Shown: positions 38,855 to 48,223 of the stretch, piece after piece | Layout: every line of letters starts with the position of its first letter | Position numbering within the stretch: position 1 is the first letter of the stretch | Assembly (NCBI GenBank): GCA_964291405.2 | Contig: OZ219926.1 | Coordinates: 3,456,001 to 3,520,000, forward strand | Source of the DNA: Thermodesulfobacteriota bacterium | Lineage (GTDB): Bacteria; Desulfobacterota; Binatia; Bin18 | DNA: 64,000 nt | Direction of reading: 5' to 3' | Translations under genes and position numbers: made by a program | Notes under the pieces: generated by a model | What the model was told of the DNA's origin: nothing | The model's input: only the letters and a program-made list of their open reading frames with translations | Databases searched by the model: none

Positions 38855-40033
38855 ATGGCCCATACAGCGGATATCGTGATTATCGGTGCGGGTGTGACGG
38901 GATCGAGCATTGCGTTCAATCTTGCCACCCGGGGTATCACCAATGTCGTCGTCCTGGAGAAAAACTTTATTGCCTCCGGGGCAACCGGCAAAAGCTCGGC
39001 CTGTATTCGCCAGCACTATTCAACCGAGGTGACCGCGCGTATGGTCCGGCGCAGCCTGGACGTGTTTGAAAACTTCGGCGACGTGGTCGGCGGATCGGCC
39101 GGTTTTACGCGAACGGGCTATCTGATGGGGGTGCCCGAGCAGGACCTCGAAGCGCTCAAAAAGGTTGTGGCCATGCAACGCCGCGTCGGGATCAACACCC
39201 GCTTTATCTCTCCCGAAGAAATCCGTGAAATCGAACCGCGCACGCGCGTGGAAGACCTGGCCGGCGGGGCCTGGGAGCCGGACTCCGGCTACGCCGACCC
39301 GTCCGACACCACCTCGTCCTTTATCCGACGGGCACGAGAGTTGGGCGTGCAGGTTCATCAGGGGACCGAAGTCACCGGCATTCAACTGGTGGGCGGCGCG
39401 GTGGCCGAGGTGGTCACCAATCAGGGACGCTTTTCCACGCCCACAGTTATTGACGCGGCCGGTGCCTGGGGCGATCGTATTGCGGCCATGGTGGAAGTGG
39501 CGATTCCCCTGACCGTGTGCCGCCACAATATCTGTTTTGTCAAACGGCCCGTCGAGGCCGCCGACCGGCATCCCCTGTTTTACGACTTCGTCAGCCAGGT
39601 CTACACGCGGCCCGAGGGCGCGGACCTGACCCTGGTGGGTTCGCTGGACCCGATTGAACTCAACGACCGGGTCGATCCCGACCACTACGACCACGGTGTG
39701 AGCTATGACAGAACGGTTGAGATGACGGGCCATGTCACCCATCGCTTCCCCCGCTTTGAGACCGGCTATTTTCACAGCGGCTACTCGGGCTTTTTCGATG
39801 TCATGCCCGACTGGCATCCCATTCTGGACGCCGTGCCGGGGATTAGCGGAATGTATATGGCCGTCGGCTTCAGCGGCCACGGCTTCAAGCTGGCCCCGGC
39901 GGTGGGCGAGATGATGGCCGAGCTGATTATCAACGGCAAGCAGCCTGGTACGGATATTGACGCCTTTCGCTTTACCCGTTTTGCGGAAAAACAACCCATC
40001 CGGGGTATGTATGATGAGGGCCTGATGGGCTAA
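38855..40033 (+). CDS. FAD-dependent oxidoreductase (sarcosine oxidase beta/DAO family)
   Basis: IIGAGVTG, GATGKSSACIR, MPDWHPILD, GFSGHGFKLAP. Confidence 0.9.
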   Translation: MAHTADIVIIGAGVTGSSIAFNLATRGITNVVVLEKNFIASGATGKSSACIRQHYSTEVTARMVRRSLDVFENFGDVVGGSAGFTRTGYLMGVPEQDLEALKKVVAMQRRVGINTRFISPEEIREIEPRTRVEDLAGGAWEPDSGYADPSDTTSSFIRRARELGVQVHQGTEVTGIQLVGGAVAEVVTNQGRFSTPTVIDAAGAWGDRIAAMVEVAIPLTVCRHNICFVKRPVEAADRHPLFYDFVSQVYTRPEGADLTLVGSLDPIELNDRVDPDHYDHGVSYDRTVEMTGHVTHRFPRFETGYFHSGYSGFFDVMPDWHPILDAVPGISGMYMAVGFSGHGFKLAPAVGEMMAELIINGKQPGTDIDAFRFTRFAEKQPIRGMYDEGLMG

Positions 40034-40060
40034 CAGTGATACAGGACTAAGGAGAAACCC

Positions 40061-41215
40061 ATGACGCAATTGCCCCCTGAAGCCGCCCGGACACGGCAGC
40101 CGCTGTCCCAGGCGCGGCATATGCCGGCCCATTTTTACACTTCGCCCGAGATTTATGAACGCGAGAAAGAACGCATCTTTCAAAAAGAATGGCTGTGCAT
40201 GGGCCGGGTCGAAGAGCTGGACCAGCCAGGCAGCTATTTGACCTTTCGGGTGGCGGGCGAGCCGGTTGTCATCTGTAAAGATCGCCAGGGAGAGATTCGG
40301 GCCTTTTCCAATGTGTGTCGTCACCGGGGGACGCAGGTGGCGTTCGGCGAGCCCGACAACGGGACCCCGTTTGGCAAAGGCTGCGACAAGGCCCTGTCGT
40401 GTCCCTACCACGGCTGGACGTATGACATGGACGGCCGGCTTCTCAACGCACCCCACTCCGCGGAAATGGAGGGCTTTGACACCAAGGATTTCGGCCTGAT
40501 TCCCCTGCGGGTCGATACCTGGGCAGGCTTTCTGTTTATCAACTTCGACCCGGCGGCGCGGAGCTTGATGGATGTCCTGAACGAGATGGACTTTCCCCGG
40601 ACCTATCAGCCCTACCGCTATGAAGATTTTCGCCTGGCGAGCAAGTTTTCGTTCGAGCTGGACTGCAACTGGAAGTTCGTGAACGAAAACCTGACCGACA
40701 TCTACCATATTGCCGTGCTCCACGTGAACACCTTCGGTCCCTGGCAGCCGCTGGAGTCCTACGAGTTCCGGCCGGTGCGGGGCGGCTATCACGGCTATTT
40801 CAAGGGCAAGACCCTGGCCCCGAACGGCGACTCCTTGTTCGGCACGATTCCCTGGATCTCGGGCAAGCTGGCCGAGGGTGGCTATTCCAGCCATCTGCGG
40901 CCGAACATCCCCTGGTTTCCACGCCACGACTTCCTGTGCTTTATGTCGGTCTGGCCAGGCGAGCGCGTCGATAAAACGGTCGGCGTTTCGTATCAGCTCT
41001 TTCCCAAGCAGCATTTCGAGCAGCCCGATTTTCAGGACAAGGTGCGAATCTATGATGATTTCCTCAAGGAGTTCCTGTCCGAAGACATCTCGATGATCAA
41101 GTCGCTCCAGCAGGGCATGGATTCCAAGTATTTCAAACCCGGACCGATGTCCCGTTTTGAGGTCGCCATTCACAGTATCGCCAACTATTATCTCGAACGC
41201 CTGGAGGCCGAGTAG
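40061..41215 (+). CDS. Rieske oxygenase alpha subunit
   Basis: CRHR...CPYH, NWKFVNENLTDIYHIAVLH. Confidence 0.9.
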   Translation: MTQLPPEAARTRQPLSQARHMPAHFYTSPEIYEREKERIFQKEWLCMGRVEELDQPGSYLTFRVAGEPVVICKDRQGEIRAFSNVCRHRGTQVAFGEPDNGTPFGKGCDKALSCPYHGWTYDMDGRLLNAPHSAEMEGFDTKDFGLIPLRVDTWAGFLFINFDPAARSLMDVLNEMDFPRTYQPYRYEDFRLASKFSFELDCNWKFVNENLTDIYHIAVLHVNTFGPWQPLESYEFRPVRGGYHGYFKGKTLAPNGDSLFGTIPWISGKLAEGGYSSHLRPNIPWFPRHDFLCFMSVWPGERVDKTVGVSYQLFPKQHFEQPDFQDKVRIYDDFLKEFLSEDISMIKSLQQGMDSKYFKPGPMSRFEVAIHSIANYYLERLEAE

Positions 41216-41254
41216 GCATACTACGGTACGGGCCAGACACAGGAGGGTGGCAGA

Positions 41255-42292
41255 GTGATTACCAATCTCGGACCGGAACTCACCCAAGCCGCGGACGCGA
41301 TGATTCGTGATGTCCTGCTGGTCCAGTCGGGCGAAACTGTGCTGATCACTGCGGATACGGCCTCGGATATGCAGACGGTTGAGGCCATCCAGAACGCGGC
41401 CCGCAGTCTGGATACGCCGGTGGCCCTGCTCATCTCTCCGCAACTCCCCTTCCAGGGCGCGCTGGGCGATCCCTATATTTCCGATCCAGTCCGAGCCGCG
41501 GTTACGAACTGTGACGTCTGGATAGACTTGGCCTTCCCCTATATGGCCGGCTCGAATGCGTTTGACGCGGCCATGCAGAACAAACGCACTCGCTATTATC
41601 TGGCTGCGGGTCTGAACGCCGAGTCCACGGTCCGGCTCTTCGGCAAGGTCAACCTCGACCGCCTGTTCGCCGTCACTGCTGCCTTTGACACCCTGCTGAT
41701 GGAGAAACAGGGCGCTCGAGGCCGCATTACCAACCCGGTCGGCACGGACATCAGCTTCACTCTTGGTGAGCCCATGGCCATGGGGACGGGGCGGGCCAAC
41801 GGACCGGGCGCCCTGTTCGTTCCAGGCACGGTCATGATCATGCCCAAGGAAGACTCGGTCAAAGGCGTGGTGAAGTTCGATACCGTTTTCCACGAGTACT
41901 ACACCCCGCTGGAAGAACCGATCAGCCTGACCATAGACGGAACCGTCCAAGACGTGTCGGGCGGTGTGGCTGAGGGAACCGTGTTGGAACGCTCGTTGCG
42001 GCGGGCCAGTGGCGAGGGGTTGGGCTACATCATTCACTTCACCTGCGGCATCCATCCGGCCGCGCGCTACACGGGTAACTGTTTTCTTGAGGACCAGCGC
42101 GTGTTGGGCTATAACGCGGTCGGCCTGGGCCTGCCGTTCTGGATGCCCGGCGGCGGCGAGAACCATCCCGACGCCGTGCTGTCAAAGCAGTCGCTCTGGC
42201 TCGACGGCGAGCAGATTGTCAAGGACGGCATTATTGTCGGTCCCCCCGACCTGGCGGAACTCGCCCAAGACTTGCAACCGCTGTATCGCTAA
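41255..42292 (+). CDS. M29 aminopeptidase/NicX-fold protein (divergent)
   Basis: VQSGETVLITAD, ITNPVGTDISF, IHFTCGIHP, NHPDAVL..LWLDGEQIVKDG. Confidence 0.7.
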   Translation: MITNLGPELTQAADAMIRDVLLVQSGETVLITADTASDMQTVEAIQNAARSLDTPVALLISPQLPFQGALGDPYISDPVRAAVTNCDVWIDLAFPYMAGSNAFDAAMQNKRTRYYLAAGLNAESTVRLFGKVNLDRLFAVTAAFDTLLMEKQGARGRITNPVGTDISFTLGEPMAMGTGRANGPGALFVPGTVMIMPKEDSVKGVVKFDTVFHEYYTPLEEPISLTIDGTVQDVSGGVAEGTVLERSLRRASGEGLGYIIHFTCGIHPAARYTGNCFLEDQRVLGYNAVGLGLPFWMPGGGENHPDAVLSKQSLWLDGEQIVKDGIIVGPPDLAELAQDLQPLYR

Positions 42293-42311
42293 ACTTCCCC
42301 TCCTCGGAGGG

Positions 42312-42365
42312 AAAGAGGAAACGTATCCTCCAGTCAAACAAAATAGCTGGACACGTTTCCTCTTT
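42312..42365. repeat. ~55-bp palindromic element, copy 2
   Basis: AAAGAGGAAACGTATCC...GGACACGTTTCCTCTTT. Confidence 0.78.
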
Positions 42366-42394
42366 GTGCCGCGTAGCGGCGGGGTGGGTTTTCC

Positions 42395-42700
42395 TCAGAC
42401 AGGCTCATAACGCCTAACGCTGATTTCATGCGCTCGGGCACGCATCTGCGACGCGTCATACCAGGCCTGCATTCGTAGGAGTAGGTCCATGCTCACGTCA
42501 AATGCCTGTTCGACACGAAATGCCATCTCCGGTGATAAGGCGGCCTTGGCGTTCAAGACTGCCGAAAGTGTTGCTCGTCGTACACCAAGAATTGCGGCCG
42601 CTTTTGTGATGCTCAGCCCCAGCTCTTCAATGACCTCGGCGCGGATGAAGTCACCTGGGTGAGAAGGGGTCATGTTCACTTTGATGCCGTTGGCCTCCAT
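42395..42700 (-). CDS. higA: HigA-family antitoxin
   Basis: HPGDFIR, LSITKAAAILGVRRATLS, LSPEMAFR, LLRMQAWYD. Confidence 0.9.
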   Translation of the reverse strand: MEANGIKVNMTPSHPGDFIRAEVIEELGLSITKAAAILGVRRATLSAVLNAKAALSPEMAFRVEQAFDVSMDLLLRMQAWYDASQMRARAHEISVRRYEPV

Positions 42701-42990
42701 CAGTGGTAATCCTCCAAGTTCAAATGGTTAATAGTACCATCCTCCTCTTCAAACGTGATTCGCCAATTGCCGGATACTGAAACGCTCCATTCATTCTGCC
42801 GGTCTCCTGAGAGTCAGTGGACACGCTAGCCGCGAGGGGCATTACCAATAAAGCTGTCCAAATCGTCAGCCAGAATGAGCACCGTCAAAATCCTGCGAAT
42901 CCGATTAGCCAAGTCGTGTCTCAAAAACCGTGGGTCGTTGTTCTCAATAAGCCGACGTAAACCCCTGTGTCGGATAGAGCGTACAGTCAC
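42700..42990 (-). pseudogene. higB: HigB-family toxin with two in-frame stops
   Basis: Manual translation: VTVRSIRHRGLRRL...APRG*RVH*LSGDRQNEWSVSVSGNWRITF...LEDYH; TAG at 42826-42828, TGA at 42814-42816. Confidence 0.88.
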
Positions 42991-43082
42991 ATCTCCAAGC
43001 GTACGGTTTCAGCGTACACTCTTCAAGGTCCTTCTTGAGTGTCGGCCGACTTCCCTTCCACTCTGGACATCTCAGAGAGGGA

Positions 43083-43195
43083 ATGGCGCTTGACCGTGTC
43101 ATCTCCTTGAACTCAGGTTCTTTTTCACCATTACCTTTGGCTCGATTATTGGCGTGGGCTGGATGATTGTGGTCGGGGACTGGCTCCAGAGTGCC
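43083..43195 (+). pseudogene. Remnant 5' end of an APC-family amino acid permease
   Basis: Fragment reads FFTITFGSIIGVGWMIVVGDWLQSA, then homology stops. Confidence 0.5.
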
Positions 43196-43324
43196 GAACC
43201 GTCCTGCTACAGGGCAAGCTGGACCCTATGGCTAAACGCCTTTTTCCCTTGACCGGGTTCGGCTGTGCGCGCTAACGTCCATCCAGGCGCTTTCCAAGCT
43301 CATGCCTAATAACAGGGGAGGCGG

Positions 43325-44203
43325 ATGCAATACGGGATACATGTCAATAGTGGGGCGTCCGTGACCGACCCCGCCGTGCTGCGGGATATGGCCCAGCTTG
43401 CGGAAGAACTGGGCTGCGAGTCCATCTTGATTGGCGACCACATCCTGCCGCCACAAAAAATCCAGACTCCCTTCCCGGTGACGATGGACAATCCGCCGTG
43501 GCATGTGTACCAGGAGCACGATTGGCCGGACTGTTTCACTACCCTGGCGTTTCTGGCTGCCATCACGACGCGGGTCCGGTTGGGGGTGAGCGTGATTATC
43601 CTGCCCTATCGCCATCCCGCGGCCGTTACCAAGATGCTCACAACCCTGGACCGCTTGTCGGGTGGACGGATCATCTGTGGCGTTGGTATCGGCTGGCTGA
43701 AGGACGAGTTTGCGTTTCTTGGAGTCCCGTTCGAAGATCGTGCGGCCTTGAGCGAGGACTGTCTCAAGCTGATGAAAACCTTGTGGACGGACCCACATCC
43801 ACGTCTCAGCACAGCCTACGGCAGGATTGATGTCGATGTGAATTTTGGGCCGCAGCCCGTTCAGCGGCCACATCCGCCGATTTGGATCGGTGGCAACACC
43901 ACGCCCGCCCTGCGCCGCGTGGCACGGTGGGGAGACGGCTGGCAGCCGGTTTTTCTCCCGCCCGAGACAATTCAGCAGAAGACCGAGACCCTACACGCCC
44001 TGATGCGCGAGGCCGGGCGCGATGCCGCCCAGTTGGAGATCACCACCCTGGTCGGCTCGAATGTTTCCGTCGCCCAAGCGCAGGCCTACCAAGCGGCAGG
44101 AGTGCATGCCTTATACATGCTGACCACAACGGATCGGCCAGATGAACTCTTTGCGCAGATAAAACAGTTTGTGGCGACCATGCGAGAAGTCGGAAACGGT
44201 TAG
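43325..44203 (+). CDS. LLM-class (F420-type) oxidoreductase
   Basis: AEELG..IGDH, TTRVRLGVSVIILPYRHP, GPQPVQRPHPPIWIGG. Confidence 0.88.
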   Translation: MQYGIHVNSGASVTDPAVLRDMAQLAEELGCESILIGDHILPPQKIQTPFPVTMDNPPWHVYQEHDWPDCFTTLAFLAAITTRVRLGVSVIILPYRHPAAVTKMLTTLDRLSGGRIICGVGIGWLKDEFAFLGVPFEDRAALSEDCLKLMKTLWTDPHPRLSTAYGRIDVDVNFGPQPVQRPHPPIWIGGNTTPALRRVARWGDGWQPVFLPPETIQQKTETLHALMREAGRDAAQLEITTLVGSNVSVAQAQAYQAAGVHALYMLTTTDRPDELFAQIKQFVATMREVGNG

Positions 44204-44218
44204 AAAAGGAGAGACGCC

Positions 44219-45349
44219 ATGACGCGTATTATTGATGCGGACAGTCACTTTATGGAACCGCTCGATCTGTGGGAGCAGCATATCGATCCCCAGTACCGCT
44301 CGCGCTGCTTGCGGTTTGAACAAGACCCAAAAAGCAACCGGTATGCGGTTGCGGTTGAAGATGTGCGAATTGATCACTCTGGAGACCTCAGCATCGAGGA
44401 ACTCATGGGCGTTGCCGTGGGCTATGGCCAAAAAGAATCGGGCCAGGGGCTCAAGTCCTTTGATTGGACGCAGGCGTTCAGCCATTCACTTGAGGACATG
44501 GAGCAACGCATCCACTTCCTCGATGTCGAGGGCATAGAAGGCCAGTTTATCTACCCCACCCTTGGCTTGCTATGGGAGGACCTGGTTGAGGACCCGGAAC
44601 TCGCCGCGGCTCATTGCCGCGCCTATAACCGTTGGGCGATTGAAACCTGTCAGGGGCGTCTGGATCGTCTCTATCCCCTGGGTCATATTTCGTTGCGCAA
44701 CCCTGCCGCCGCAGTTGAGGAAATTAAGCAGTTGGCCAAAGCCGGCGTGCACGGAGTCTTTGTTGGCGCCCTGCCCATCGATGGCAAAAGCTTTGGCCAT
44801 CCGGACTTTGATCCCGTCTGGGCAACGGCCCAAGAGTGCGACATTGCCGTCGGACTGCACTTGGTGGTCCATGCAAAATACATTGGCAACGAGTGGTATA
44901 GCGACCGTGATCCCGGCTTTATGTTTCTCAGCATGAACGTCATTCAAGACCCGCGCATGGCCCTCACCACCATGATCTATGATGGCGTGTTTGAGCGTTT
45001 CCCGCGCTTACGGGTCGCCACGATTGAATCGGCGAGCGGCTGGGTGGCCGAGTGGCTCGACCGGCTGGACTATCGGTTTAGCTATATGGGTCATACCTGC
45101 CAGATGAAGCGGCCGGCCAGCGAATACTTTGCGCGGAATATCTGGATTTCCGCCGATCCGAGCGAACGGACCCTGCCGCATATGGTTGAGCTGGTTGGAG
45201 ACGACAAGTTTTTTGTTGGCTCGGACTATCCCCATGCCGAAGGCTTTACCGAGCCGGTCAAGAAAACCCGCGAATCGCTGACTCGTCTGCCCGAAGCCTC
45301 GGTCAACAAAATCCTGGGGGGGAATGCGGCCACCTTCTTTGGCCTGTAG
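44219..45349 (+). CDS. Amidohydrolase_2 family protein
   Basis: IIDADSHFME, AYNRW, GVFERFPRLR..IES..GW, GSDYPHAE. Confidence 0.9.
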   Translation: MTRIIDADSHFMEPLDLWEQHIDPQYRSRCLRFEQDPKSNRYAVAVEDVRIDHSGDLSIEELMGVAVGYGQKESGQGLKSFDWTQAFSHSLEDMEQRIHFLDVEGIEGQFIYPTLGLLWEDLVEDPELAAAHCRAYNRWAIETCQGRLDRLYPLGHISLRNPAAAVEEIKQLAKAGVHGVFVGALPIDGKSFGHPDFDPVWATAQECDIAVGLHLVVHAKYIGNEWYSDRDPGFMFLSMNVIQDPRMALTTMIYDGVFERFPRLRVATIESASGWVAEWLDRLDYRFSYMGHTCQMKRPASEYFARNIWISADPSERTLPHMVELVGDDKFFVGSDYPHAEGFTEPVKKTRESLTRLPEASVNKILGGNAATFFGL

Positions 45350-45397
45350 TCCATACGAGCCTGATGCCGTCCAGAGCAGTGTTATGAGGCCAGCCGC

Positions 45398-47965
45398 ATG
45401 AAACAGCACGCCTTAGCCGATATGCAGTCTTCCGACCGCGTCCGCCGGTGGGACCTGTACGACCTGGACATGCTCGAGCGTATCCAACAGCGGGTGCTGT
45501 GGCTCTCAACTTATATTGTGCATTATGCGAACTTTGTGCGTCCCAACCCGGACGGGATCAAAGTGGGCGGGCATGAGGCCAGCTCCGCCTCTGTGGTGAC
45601 GCTGCTGACCGCGCTGTACTTTTATTTTCTGCGGCCGGGTGACCGCGTGTCCATTAAGCCGCACGCTTCCCCGGTGTTTCATGCGATTCAGTTTTTACGC
45701 GGCGTGCTGCCCCAGGAGAAGCTCAAGGCCTTCCGCCAGTACGGCGGCCTGCAAGCCTATCCGTCCCGCACCAAAGATCCGGACCAGGTCGATTTTTCAA
45801 CCGGGTCGGTCGGTCTTGGCGCGGTGGCGCCGCTCTTTGGTGCCCTGGTCCGTGACTATCTGGGCGACCACGCTGACGGAGCGGCCCAGCAGTCCGCTCC
45901 GTCTGAGGACGGGCCGTCCTCGGGCTGGCATATTGCCCTGGTCGGTGATGCCGAGTTGGACGAGGGCAATATCTGGGAGGCGCTGGGTGAAGCTTATACT
46001 CAGCGGATGTCCCGGGTGCTGTGGATTGTGGACCTGAACCGCCAGAGCCTCGACCGCGTCGTCCCGGACGGCCGCGCCCAGCAGTTGCGGGAAATGTTTG
46101 CCGCCAACGGCTGGCATATCATCGACCTCAAATACGGCCACCAACTCGAAAACGTCTTCCGCAAACCCTACGGGCTCAAACTCAGAGCCCGGATCGATGA
46201 GATGAGCAATGAGGAGTACCAGAGCCTGTTGCTCCAGGATGGCATCACTATCCGTGATCGTTTCATTCAATCCAACGGGAAAAAAGATGCGGCCATGGCC
46301 GAGCTGCTGGCCGGTTATGAGCCGGATGAGGTGAAAGAGCTGCTGGCCAATCTCGGCGGGCACGACCTGGAGCGGGTGCTCGAAGCCTTTGCCGAGGCGT
46401 TCGCCATCGAGACCCAACCGATTGTAATTTTTGCCTATACGATCAAAGGCTGGAGTCTGCCGCTGGCCGGCAATCCTGCCAACCACGCGCGGCTGCTCAA
46501 ACCCGGGGAGATCGAAGACGTCCGCCAGCGGCTGGGCGTGGCCGAGGGCGAGGAGTTTGCCGCCTTTCCCCCGGACAGCGAAGAGGCGCGCTATATCACC
46601 GCGTTGCTGCAGGAGGGGGAGGAGTTGGCCGAGGAAGCCCAGCATTCTGCTCCGGCCGAAGGGGCTGCGGGAACGGCCATCGAGATTCCAGCCGGCCTGG
46701 GCGGAACGTATCATGGCGTCCTGTCGACGCAGGCCATACTGGGTCGTATTTTTCTGGCCTTGAGTCGTCAGCCCGAGATTGCGCCCTATCTGGTCACGAT
46801 TTCACCCGATGTCGCCATGTCAACCAATCTGGGCGGCTGGATTCACAAGGTCGGCGTGTACTCGCGTCGTCAGATGAAGAATTATTTTGGAGAGTCGGAT
46901 ATCTCTCTGCTGATCGACTGGCGCGAGAACCCGACCGGTAAACACATTGAACTGGGCATCTCCGAGAATAATCTGTTTCTGGCTCTGGGTGCGTTTGGCC
47001 TGGCTGACGAGTTGTATGGGCAGTCCCTGCTGCCGATTGGCACGGTCTACGATCCGTTTGTGTGTCGGGCACTCGATGCTTTTATTTACGCGGCCTACTC
47101 GCAGGCTAAATTCATTGTCATCGGCACTCCCTCGGGGATCAGCCTCAGCCCCGAAGGCGGGGCGCACCAGTCGCTCATTACGCCGGGCATCGGGGTCCAA
47201 CTGCCGGGGGTCACGTATTATGAGCCGGCCTATGCGCTTGAGTTGGAATGGATCCTCCTGGCCGCGCTGGCTGAACTCCAGGACCGGGACACCGGTAAGA
47301 GCGCCTATTTGCGGCTCTCAACCAAACCGCTGGACCAAGCCGTCTTCAATATGGCGTTGGAGCGAGACGGGGAAGAAGACCTGCGGCAGCAGGTGCTTCA
47401 GGGAGGCTATCGGCTGCTGGATTGGCAGGCCGAAGAAGCCTACCAACCCGGCATGAACGTTGTCCATGTGTTTGTGACAGGCGCCATGCTGCCGGAAGCT
47501 GTTGAGGCCGCTCAACAGCTCAAGCAGCATGGGGTTTTTGCCAACGTGTTCAACGTGACCAGCGCGGACGTGTTGTTCCACGACTATATGACGACCCAGC
47601 AGCAGAATATGCAGGGCCAACGATACGAAAGCTGGGTGGAAGCCCTGGTGCCGGTTACGGAGCGGAGCGCTCCGGTTGTGACCCTCCACGACGCACACCC
47701 ACATACTCTGTCGTTTATTGGTGGGGCGCTGGCAACGCGGATGACCTGTCTCGGGGTGACCGAGTTCGGACAGTCCGGCGCCCAGGCCGACCTGTACCGA
47801 CGCTACGGGATTGCGCCCGAGAATACTCTTTCCCTTTTGTCGAATGAAGGCGGCCGCCCGCTGGATCGTGGGGCAGCAAGGATAGCTGATTTTCCTCTTC
47901 CTCGTCCCGGAAACACGTTCGTGCTTGAACGGGAAGAAAGTTCACGGCAATTTTGTGATTCGTGA
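45398..47965 (+). CDS. AceE-like thiamine-diphosphate 2-oxoacid dehydrogenase E1/transketolase-type protein; C-terminus probably corrupted after ~47815
   Basis: KVGGHEASSAS, LQAYPSR, STGSVGLG, GDAELDEG, HIELGISENN, EGGAHQS, FGQSG. Confidence 0.85.
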   Translation: MKQHALADMQSSDRVRRWDLYDLDMLERIQQRVLWLSTYIVHYANFVRPNPDGIKVGGHEASSASVVTLLTALYFYFLRPGDRVSIKPHASPVFHAIQFLRGVLPQEKLKAFRQYGGLQAYPSRTKDPDQVDFSTGSVGLGAVAPLFGALVRDYLGDHADGAAQQSAPSEDGPSSGWHIALVGDAELDEGNIWEALGEAYTQRMSRVLWIVDLNRQSLDRVVPDGRAQQLREMFAANGWHIIDLKYGHQLENVFRKPYGLKLRARIDEMSNEEYQSLLLQDGITIRDRFIQSNGKKDAAMAELLAGYEPDEVKELLANLGGHDLERVLEAFAEAFAIETQPIVIFAYTIKGWSLPLAGNPANHARLLKPGEIEDVRQRLGVAEGEEFAAFPPDSEEARYITALLQEGEELAEEAQHSAPAEGAAGTAIEIPAGLGGTYHGVLSTQAILGRIFLALSRQPEIAPYLVTISPDVAMSTNLGGWIHKVGVYSRRQMKNYFGESDISLLIDWRENPTGKHIELGISENNLFLALGAFGLADELYGQSLLPIGTVYDPFVCRALDAFIYAAYSQAKFIVIGTPSGISLSPEGGAHQSLITPGIGVQLPGVTYYEPAYALELEWILLAALAELQDRDTGKSAYLRLSTKPLDQAVFNMALERDGEEDLRQQVLQGGYRLLDWQAEEAYQPGMNVVHVFVTGAMLPEAVEAAQQLKQHGVFANVFNVTSADVLFHDYMTTQQQNMQGQRYESWVEALVPVTERSAPVVTLHDAHPHTLSFIGGALATRMTCLGVTEFGQSGAQADLYRRYGIAPENTLSLLSNEGGRPLDRGAARIADFPLPRPGNTFVLEREESSRQFCDS

Positions 47966-48223
47966 AGTACGGTGGGCAGATCTTGGGTCGATTTCTGACA
48001 GACGTTTGATATTGCGGGCGTGCAGTTCAGCCTGGGGACCAACAATACGTTATGGCATCGGAAGACTGAGCATTTTCATGAAACGCTGCCCAGTGAGGAG
48101 GGCCTCCACGACGAACTTCTCACTTGAATATTGGATAGATGATGGCTGCCCCATACCCAACCGGAGGGCCGCCTGCTTTTTGCAGTCTGCTCCCCTCCCT
48201 GATGAGGGCTGACAGCCTGGCCT

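Noticed and set aside
39020-42166. 1048-aa minus-strand ORF
   Set aside because: Antisense shadow of three well-supported plus-strand genes in GC-rich DNA; no recognisable motifs.
42810-42830. Stop-codon recoding (Sec/Pyl) in higB
   Set aside because: The TAG falls where Trp is expected, both stops are explained by single transitions, and other genes in the window use TAG and TGA as normal stops.
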